A model generated the notes under the pieces. The model was not told where the DNA came from, ran no database searches, and worked only from the letters and a program-made list of their open reading frames with translations. From contig NEEC01000313.1 in the NCBI GenBank assembly GCA_002189035.1, positions 1-23,265 of the forward strand: DNA of 23,265 bases, in the 5' to 3' direction. Below are positions 1 through 9,400 of this stretch, piece after piece (position 1 is the first letter of the stretch; each line of letters starts with the position of its first letter). Position numbers and translations under genes: made by a program. This stretch comes from Utricularia gibba (taxonomy: Eukaryota; Plantae; Magnoliophyta).

Positions 1-3000
1 AAGCCCTTTTCGAGCTCCAAGTATTATAATTTGGAGTTACGTTTGTCCGATAACTGTGGACATATTAAAAACAAGCCACAACGAAAAGTGTCTCACGTGG
101 CATTCCGTGGTGACTGCATTTAATAATGTGCTTCATGTTCTCGAAATTGATGCGAACAACATACAAGGCAAAAGAATCAAATAGCCACTAGAGACATGGT
201 ATACGGGAATGGTGCATCAAGAATCAGAAGTATCATAGCAACTAAATGCATCAATCAAAAGCCAAAACATATGGTGTCAGAATTCATCTACTATGCGATC
301 AAGTTGGAAAAAAGTCACATGCTACATCATGAATTTCGTGGCATCACTTATCCCAACACTGTTATACACTCTGGATATGCGTAAATATTTATTTTTAATG
401 AATCCGTGCACGTGTGATTTTTAGGATGCACCCCGAATGATGATGCGCAATGAAATGACTACGTCGCACATCCTGGTCCGCGAAGCACCTCTTGCATAAC
501 ATGCAGATCCTTGCTCTTCATAGCACAGTGTTGGGAAGCCCTTTTCGAGCTCCAAGTATTATAATTTGGAGTTACGTTTGTCCGATAACTGTGGACATAT
601 TAAAAACAAGCCACAACGAAAAGTGTCTCACGTGGCATTCCGTGGTGACTGCATTTAATAATGTGCTTCATGTTCTCGAAATTGATGCGAACAACATACA
701 AGGCAAAAGAATCAAATAGCCACTAGAGACATGGTATACGGGAATGGTGCATCAAGAATCAGAAGTATCATAGCAACTAAATGCATCAATCAAAAGCCAA
801 AACATATGGTGTCAGAATTCATCTACTATGCGATCAAGTTGGAAAAAAGTCACATGCTACATCATGAATTTCGTGCATCACTTATCCCAACACTGTTATA
901 CACTCTGGATATGCGTAAATATTTATTTTTAATGAATCCCGTGCACGTGTGATTTTTAGGATGCACCCGAATGATGATGCGCAATGAAATGACTACGTCG
1001 CACATCCTGGTCCGCGAAGCACCTCTTGCATAACATGCAGATCCTTGCTCTTCATAGCACACTGTTGGAAGCCCTTTTCGAGCTCCAAGTATTATAATTT
1101 GGAGTTACGTTTGTCCGATAACTGTGGACATATTAAAAACAAGCCACAACGAAAAGTGTCTCACGTGGCATTCCGTGGTGATTGCATTTAATAATGTGCT
1201 TCATGTTCTCGAAATTGATGCGAACAACATACAAGGCAAAAGAATCAAATAGCCACTAGAGACATGGTATACGGGAATGGTGCATCAAGAATCAGAAGTA
1301 TCATAGCAACTAAATGCATCAATCAAAAGCCAAAACATATGGTGTCAGAATTCATCTACTATGCGATCAAGTTGGAAAAAAGTCACATGCTACATCATGA
1401 ATTTCGTGGCATCACTTATCCCAACACTGTTATACACTCTGGATATGCGTAAATATTTATTTTTAATGAATCCCGTGCACGTGTGATTTTTAGGATGCAC
1501 CCCGAATGATGATGCGCAATGAAATGACTACGTCGCACATCCTGGTCCGCGAAGCACCTCTTGCATAACATGCAGATCCTTGCTCTTCATAGCACAGTGT
1601 TGGGAAGCCCTTTTCGAGCTCCAAGTATTATAATTTGGAGTTACGTTTGTCCGATAACTGTGGACATATTAAAAACAAGCCACAACGAAAAGTGTCTCAC
1701 GTGGCATTCCGTGGTGATTGCATTTAATAATGTGCTTCATGTTCTCGAAATTGATGCGAACAACATACAAGGCAAAAGAATCAAATAGCCACTAGAGACA
1801 TGGTATACGGGAATGTGCATCAAGAATCAGAAGTATCATAGCAACTAAATGCATCAATCAAAAGCCAAAACATATGGTGTCAGAATTCATCTACTATGCG
1901 ATCAAGTTGGAAAAAAGTCACATGCTACATCATGAATTTCGTGGCATCACTTATCCCAACACTGTTATACACTCTGGATATGCGTAAATATTTATTTTTA
2001 ATGAATCCCGTGCACGTGTGATTTTTAGGATGCACCCCGAATGATGATGCGCAATGAAATGACTACGTCGCACATCCTGGTCCGCGAAGCACCTCTTGCA
2101 TAACATGCAGATCCTTGCTCTTCATAGCACAGTGTTGGGAAGCCCTTTTCGAGCTCCAAGTATTATAATTTGGAGTTACGTTTGTCCGATAACTGTGGAC
2201 ATATTAAAAACAAGCCACAACGAAAAGTGTCTCACGTGGCATTCCGTGGTGACTGCATTTAATAATGTGCTTCATGTTCTCGAAATTGATGCGAACAACA
2301 TACAAGGCAAAAGAATCAAATAGCCACTAGAGACATGGTATACGGGAATGGTGCATCAAGAATCAGAAGTATCATAGCAACTAAATGCATCAATCAAAAG
2401 CCAAAACATATGGTGTCAGAATTCATCTACTATGCGATCAAGTTGGAAAAAAGTCACATGCTACATCATGAATTTCGTGCATCACTTATCCCAACACTGT
2501 TATACACTCTGGATATGCGTAAATATTTATTTTTAATGAATCCGTGCACGTGTGATTTTTAGGATGCACCCCGAATGATGATGCGCAATGAAATGACTAC
2601 GTCGCACATCCTGGTCCGCGAAGCACCTCTTGCATAACATGCAGATCCTTGCTCTTCATAGCACAGTGTTGGGAAGCCCTTTTCGAGCTCCAAGTATTAT
2701 AATTTGGAGTTACGTTTGTCCGATAACTGGACATATTAAAAACAAGCCACAACGAAAAGTGTCTCACGTGGCATTCCGTGGTGATTGCATTTAATAATGT
2801 GCTTCATGTTCTCGAAATTGATGCGAACAACATACAAGGCAAAAGAATCAAATAGCCACTAGAGACATGGTATACGGGAATGGTGCATCAAGAATCAGAA
2901 GTATCATAGCAACTAAATGCATCAATCAAAAGCCAAAACATATGGTGTCAGAATTCATCTACTATGCGATCAAGTTGGAAAAAAGTCACATGCTACATCA

Positions 3001-5893
3001 TGAATTTCGTGGCATCACTTATCCCAACACTGTTATACACTCTGGATATGCGTAAATATTATTTTTAATGAATCCCGTGCACGTGTGATTTTTAGGATGC
3101 ACCCCGAATGATGATGCGCAATGAAATGACTACGTCGCACATCCTGGTCCGCGAAGCACCTCTTGCATAACATGCAGATCCTTGCTCTTCATAGCACAGT
3201 GTTGGGAAGCCCTTTTCGAGCTCCAAGTATTATAATTTGGAGTTACGTTTGTCCGATAACTGTGGACATATTAAAAACAAGCCACAACGAAAAGTGTCTC
3301 ACGTGGCATTCCGTGGTGACTGCATTTAATAATGTGCTTCATGTTCTCGAAATTGATGCGAACAACATACAAGGCAAAAGAATCAAATAGCCACTAGAGA
3401 CATGGTATACGGGAATGGTGCATCAAGAATCAGAAGTATCATAGCAACTAAATGCATCAATCAAAAGCCAAAACATATGGTGTCAGAATTCATCTACTAT
3501 GCGATCAAGTTGGAAAAAAGTCACATGCTACATCATGAATTTCGTGCATCACTTATCCCAACACTGTTATACACTCTGGATATGCGTAAATATTTATTTT
3601 TAATGAATCCCGTGCACGTGTGATTTTTAGGATGCACCCCGAATGATGATGCGCAATGAAATGACTACGTCGCACATCCTGGTCCGCGAAGCACCTCTTG
3701 CATAACATGCAGATCCTTGCTCTTCATAGCACACTGTTGGGAAGCCCTTTTCGAGCTCCAAGTATTATAATTTGGAGTTACGTTTGTCCGATAACTGTGG
3801 ACATATTAAAAACAAGCCACAACGAAAAGTGTCTCACGTGGCATTCCGTGTGACTGCATTTAATAATGTGCTTCATGTTCTCGAAATTGATGCGAACAAC
3901 ATACAAGGCAAAAGAATCAAATAGCCACTAGAGACATGGTATACGGGAATGGTGCATCAAGAATCAGAAGTATCATAGCAACTAAATGCATCAATCAAAA
4001 GCCAAAACATATGGTGTCAGAATTCATCTACTATGCGATCAAGTTGGAAAAAAGTCACATGCTACATCATGAATTTCGTGCATCACTTATCCCAACACTG
4101 TTATACACTCTGGATATGCGTAAATATTTATTTTTAATGAATCCCGTGCACGTGTGATTTTTAGGATGCACCCCGAATGATGATGCGCAATGAAATGACT
4201 ACGTCGCACATCCTGGTCCGCGAAGCACCTCTTGCATAACATGCAGATCCTTGCTCTTCATAGCACAGTGTTGGAAGCCCTTTTCGAGCTCCAAGTATTA
4301 TAATTTGGAGTTACGTTTGTCCGATAACTGTGGACATATTAAAAACAAGCCACAACGAAAAGTGTCTCACGTGGCATTCCGTGGTGATTGCATTTAATAA
4401 TGTGCTTCATGTTCTCGAAATTGATGCGAACAACATACAAGGCAAAAAGAATCAAATAGCCACTAGAGACATGGTATACGGGAATGGTGCATCAAGAATC
4501 AGAAGTATCATAGCAACTAAATGCATCAATCAAAAGCCAAAACATATGGTGTCAGAATTCATCTACTATGCGATCAAGTTGGAAAAAAGTCACATGCTAC
4601 ATCATGAATTTCGTGCATCACTTATCCCAAACACTGTTATACACTCTGGATATGCGTAAATATTTATTTTTAATGAATCCCGTGCACGTGTGATTTTTAG
4701 GATGCACCCCGAATGATGATGCGCAATGAATGACTACGTCGCACATCCTGGTCCGCGAAGCACCTCTTGCATAACATGCAGATCCTTGCTCTTCATAGCA
4801 CAGTGTTGGGAAGCCCTTTTCGAGCTCCAAGTATTATAATTTGGAGTTACGTTTGTCCGATAACTGTGGACATATTAAAAACAAGCCACAACGAAAAGTG
4901 TCTCACGTGGCATTCCGTGGTGACTGCATTTAATAATGTGCTTCATGTTCTCGAAATTGATGCGAACAACATACAAGGCAAAAGAATCAAATAGCCACTA
5001 GAGACATGGTATACGGGAATGGTGCATCAAGAATCAGAAGTATCATAGCAACTAAATGCATCAATCAAAAGCCAAAACATATGGTGTCAGAATTCATCTA
5101 CTATGCGATCAAGTTGGAAAAAAGTCACATGCTACATCATGAATTTCGTGGCATCACTTATCCCAACACTGTTATACACTCTGGATATGCGTAAATATTT
5201 ATTTTTAATGAATCCCGTGCACGTGTGATTTTTAGGATGCACCCCGAATGATGATGCGCAATGAAATGACTACGTCGCACATCCTGGTCCGCGAAGCACC
5301 TCTTGCATAACATGCAGATCCTTGCTCTTCATAGCACAGTGTTGGGAAGCCCTTTTCGAGCTCCAAGTATTATAATTTGGAGTTACGTTTGTCCGATAAC
5401 TGTGGACATATTAAAAACAAGCCACAACGAAAAGTGTCTCACGTGCATTCCGTGGTGACTGCATTTAATAATGTGCTTCATGTTCTCGAAATTGATGCGA
5501 ACAACATACAAGGCAAAAGAATCAAATAGCCACTAGAGACATGGTATACGGGAATGGTGCATCAAGAATCAGAAGTATCATAGCAACTAAATGCATCAAT
5601 CAAAAGCCAAAACATATGGTGTCAGAATTCATCTACTATGCGATCAAGTTGGAAAAAAGTCACATGCTACATCATGAATTTCGTGGCATCACTTATCCCA
5701 ACACTGTTATACACTCTGGATATGCGTAAATATTTATTTTTAATGAATCCCGTGCACGTGTGATTTTTAGGATGCACCCCGAATGATGATGCGCAATGAA
5801 ATGACTACGTCGCACATCCTGGTCCGCGAAGCACCTCTTGCATAACATGCAGATCCTTGCTCTTCATAGCACAGTGTTGGGAAGCCCTTTTCG

Positions 5894-5919
5894 AGCTCCA
5901 AGTATTATAATTTGGAGTT
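5894..5919. other. Stem-loop AG-CTCCAA-[GTATTATAAT]-TTGGAG-TT; the loop contains the perfect palindrome ATTATAAT
   Basis: CTCCAA (5896-5901) is the exact reverse complement of TTGGAG (5912-5917), extendable by one G.T and one A-T pair. It is invariant in all copies. Function is not established. Confidence 0.7.
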
Positions 5920-5924
5920 ACGTT

Positions 5925-5943
5925 TGTCCGATAACTGTGGACA
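5925..5943. other. Second small hairpin TGTCC-N9-GGACA
   Basis: A 5-bp perfect stem immediately downstream of the first hairpin. It is short enough to be chance. Confidence 0.35.
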
Positions 5944-6231
5944 TATTAAAAACAAGCCACAACGAAAAGTGTCTCACGTGGCATTCCGTGGTGATTGCAT
6001 TTAATAATGTGCTTCATGTTCTCGAAATTGATGCGAACAACATACAAGGCAAAAGAATCAAATAGCCACTAGAGACATGGTATACGGGAATGGTGCATCA
6101 AGAATCAGAAGTATCATAGCAACTAAATGCATCAATCAAAAGCCAAAACATATGGTGTCAGAATTCATCTACTATGCGATCAAGTTGGAAAAAAGTCACA
6201 TGCTACATCATGAATTTCGTGGCATCACTTA

Positions 6232-6418
6232 TCCCAACACTGTTATACACTCTGGATATGCGTAAATATTTATTTTTAATGAATCCCGTGCACGTGTGAT
6301 TTTTAGGATGCACCCCGAATGATGATGCGCAATGAAATGACTACGTCGCACATCCTGGTCCGCGAAGCACCTCTTGCATAACATGCAGATCCTTGCTCTT
6401 CATAGCACAGTGTTGGGA
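6232..6418. repeat. 12-bp perfect inverted repeat (TCCCAACACTGT / ACAGTGTTGGGA) enclosing a nested fold-back domain
   Basis: The arms at 6232-6243 and 6407-6418 are exact reverse complements in copies with the G allele. Further nested complementary blocks lie between them in a consistent register. Confidence 0.8.
6325..6387 (-). other. C2H2 zinc-finger signature CMLCKRCFADQDVRRSHFIAH in a short minus-strand reading frame (coding status unproven)
   Basis: Manual translation of the minus strand matches C-x2-C-x3-F-x8-H-x3-H. The only ATG lies one codon after the first Cys and an in-frame TGA lies 5 codons before it, so this is not a supported CDS. Confidence 0.3.
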
Positions 6419-9400
6419 AGCCCTTTTCGAGCTCCAAGTATTATAATTTGGAGTTACGTTTGTCCGATAACTGTGGACATATTAAAAACAAGCCACAACG
6501 AAAAGTGTCTCACGTGGCATTCCGTGGTGATTGCATTTAATAATGTGCTTCATGTTCTCGAAATTGATGCGAACAACATACAAGGCAAAAGAATCAAATA
6601 GCCACTAGAGACATGGTATACGGGAATGGTGCATCAAGAATCAGAAGTATCATAGCAACTAAATGCATCAATCAAAAGCCAAAACATATGGTGTCAGAAT
6701 TCATCTACTATGCGATCAAGTTGGAAAAAAGTCACATGCTACATCATGAATTTCGTGGCATCACTTATCCCAACACTGTTATACACTCTGGATATGCGTA
6801 AATATTTATTTTTAATGAATCCCGTGCACGTGTGATTTTTAGGATGCACCCCGAATGATGATGCGCAATGAAATGACTACGTCGCACATCCTGGTCCGCG
6901 AAGCACCTCTTGCATAACATGCAGATCCTTGCTCTTCATAGCACACTGTTGGGAAGCCCTTTTCGAGCTCCAAGTATTATAATTTGGAGTTACGTTTGTC
7001 CGATAACTGTGGACATATTAAAAACAAGCCACAACGAAAAGTGTCTCACGTGGCATTCCGTGGTGATTGCATTTAATAATGTGCTTCATGTTCTCGAAAT
7101 TGATGCGAACAACATACAAGGCAAAAGAATCAAATAGCCACTAGAGACATGGTATACGGGAATGGTGCATCAAGAATCAGAAGTATCATAGCAACTAAAT
7201 GCATCAATCAAAAGCCAAAACATATGGTGTCAGAATTCATCTACTATGCGATCAAGTTGGAAAAAAGTCACATGCTACATCATGAATTTCGTGGCATCAC
7301 TTATCCCAACACTGTTATACACTCTGGATATGCGTAAATATTTATTTTTAATGAATCCCGTGCACGTGTGATTTTTAGGATGCACCCCGAATGATGATGC
7401 GCAATGAAATGACTACGTCGCACATCCTGGTCCGCGAAGCACCTCTTGCATAACATGCAGATCCTTGCTCTTCATAGCACAGTGTTGGGAAGCCCTTTTC
7501 GAGCTCCAAGTATTATAATTTGGAGTTACGTTTGTCCGATAACTGTGGACATATTAAAAACAAGCCACAACGAAAAGTGTCTCACGTGGCATTCCGTGGT
7601 GATTGCATTTAATAATGTGCTTCATGTTCTCGAAATTGATGCGAACAACATACAAGGCAAAAGAATCAAATAGCCACTAGAGACATGGTATACGGGAATG
7701 GTGCATCAAGAATCAGAAGTATCATAGCAACTAAATGCATCAATCAAAAGCCAAAACATATGGTGTCAGAATTCATCTACTATGCGATCAAGTTGGAAAA
7801 AAGTCACATGCTACATCATGAATTTCGTGGCATCACTTATCCCAACACTGTTATACACTCTGGATATGCGTAAATATTTATTTTTAATGAATCCGTGCAC
7901 GTGTGATTTTTAGGATGCACCCCGAATGATGATGCGCAATGAAATGACTACGTCGCACATCCTGGTCCGCGAAGCACCTCTTGCATAACATGCAGATCCT
8001 TGCTCTTCATAGCACAGTGTTGGGAAGCCCTTTTCGAGCTCCAAGTATTATAATTTGGAGTTACGTTTGTCCGATAACTGTGGACATATTAAAAACAAGC
8101 CACAACGAAAAGTGTCTCACGTGGCATTCCGTGGTGATTGCATTTAATAATGTGCTTCATGTTCTCGAAATTGATGCGAACAACATACAAGGCAAAAGAA
8201 TCAAATAGCCACTAGAGACATGGTATACGGGAATGGTGCATCAAGAATCAGAAGTATCATAGCAACTAAATGCATCAATCAAAAGCCAAAACATATGGTG
8301 TCAGAATTCATCTACTATGCGATCAAGTTGGAAAAAAGTCACATGCTACATCATGAATTTCGTGGCATCACTTATCCCAACACTGTTATACACTCTGGAT
8401 ATGCGTAAATATTTATTTTTAATGAATCCCGTGCACGTGTGATTTTTAGGATGCACCCGAATGATGATGCGCAATGAAATGACTACGTCGCACATCCTGG
8501 TCCGCGAAGCACCTCTTGCATAACATGCAGATCCTTGCTCTTCATAGCACAGTGTTGGGAAGCCCTTTTCGAGCTCCAAGTATTATAATTTGGAGTTACG
8601 TTTGTCCGATAACTGTGGACATATTAAAAACAAGCCACAACGAAAAGTGTCTCACGTGGCATTCCGTGGTGATTGCATTTAATAATGTGCTTCATGTTCT
8701 CGAAATTGATGCGAACAACATACAAGGCAAAAGAATCAAATAGCCACTAGAGACATGGTATACGGGAATGGTGCATCAAGAATCAGAAGTATCATAGCAA
8801 CTAAATGCATCAATCAAAAGCCAAAACATATGGTGTCAGAATTCATCTACTATGCGATCAAGTTGGAAAAAAGTCACATGCTACATCATGAATTTCGTGG
8901 CATCACTTATCCCAACACTGTTATACACTCTGGATATGCGTAAATATTTATTTTTAATGAATCCCGTGCACGTGTGATTTTTAGGATGCACCCCGAATGA
9001 TGATGCGCAATGAAATGACTACGTCGCACATCCTGGTCCGCGAAGCACCTCTTGCATAACATGCAGATCCTTGCTCTTCATAGCACACTGTTGGGAAGCC
9101 CTTTTCGAGCTCCAAGTATTATAATTTGGAGTTACGTTTGTCCGATAACTGTGGACATATTAAAAACAAGCCACAACGAAAAGTGTCTCACGTGGCATTC
9201 CGTGGTGATTGCATTTAATAATGTGCTTCATGTTCTCGAAATTGATGCGAACAACATACAAGGCAAAAGAATCAAATAGCCACTAGAGACATGGTATACG
9301 GGAATGGTGCATCAAGAATCAGAAGTATCATAGCAACTAAATGCATCAATCAAAAGCCAAAACATATGGTGTCAGAATTCATCTACTATGCGATCAAGTT

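Larger units (their letters stand above)
5882..6417 (+). repeat. Representative indel-free 536-bp monomer (copy 12)
   Basis: The distance between successive AAGCCCTTTT starts (5882, 6418) is 536. About 25 of 43 full copies have this length without indels. The monomer has single EcoRI (GAATTC), SacI (GAGCTC), NdeI (CATATG) and NsiI (ATGCAT) sites. Confidence 0.97.

Noticed and set aside
4330-4659. 109-aa fusion of the two plus-strand ORFs in copy 9
   Set aside because: It depends on +A insertions and a G deletion in homopolymers within an error-rich copy. The consensus GGC AAA AGA is not a canonical slippery heptamer.
5883-5897. Histone 3' stem-loop-like GCCCTTTTCGAGC
   Set aside because: The 6-bp GGYYYT/ARRRCC stem does not form, and there is no histone ORF upstream.
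5904-5911. TATAAT -10 boxes on both strands (bidirectional sigma70 promoter)
   Set aside because: There is no TTGACA-like -35 element at 16-18 bp on either strand. The double match simply follows from the ATTATAAT palindrome.
6284-6291. TCCCGTGC resembling kinetoplast minicircle CSB-2
   Set aside because: CSB-3 (GGGGTTGGTGTA) and a CSB-1-like block are absent at the expected spacing.
5975-6296. Two CACGTG E-box/G-box (CDEI-like) sites
   Set aside because: Six-base palindromes occur at about chance frequency in this monomer (about 12 seen versus 9 expected), and there is no CDEII/CDEIII arrangement.
6319-6325. Box C (ATGATGA) of a C/D snoRNA
   Set aside because: There is no box D (CTGA) anywhere on the plus strand of the monomer.
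6341-6403. Minus-strand peptide MKSKDLHVMQEVL resembling the CACTA/En-Spm transposase KSHDCHVLMQ motif
   Set aside because: The similarity covers only a few residues in a 20-aa ORF, with no downstream transposase motifs in any frame.
6406-6412. RSS/Transib heptamer CACAGTG
   Set aside because: There is no ACAAAAACC-like nonamer at 12 or 23 bp, the opposite IR arm begins AAC rather than CAC, and the heptamer is lost in C-allele copies.
5882-6417. Hammerhead ribozyme or retrozyme, 5S rRNA, tRNA, spliced-leader or U snRNA tandem gene unit
   Set aside because: There is no CTGATGA hammerhead core on either strand, and no conserved 5S, tRNA T-loop, SL exon or U1/U2/U6 motifs that I can recognise. 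An Rfam scan would be needed to exclude divergent RNAs.
5882-6417. 536 bp as three ~179-bp nucleosome-sized subrepeats
   Set aside because: I found no sequence similarity at 178-179-bp offsets beyond a 5-mer.
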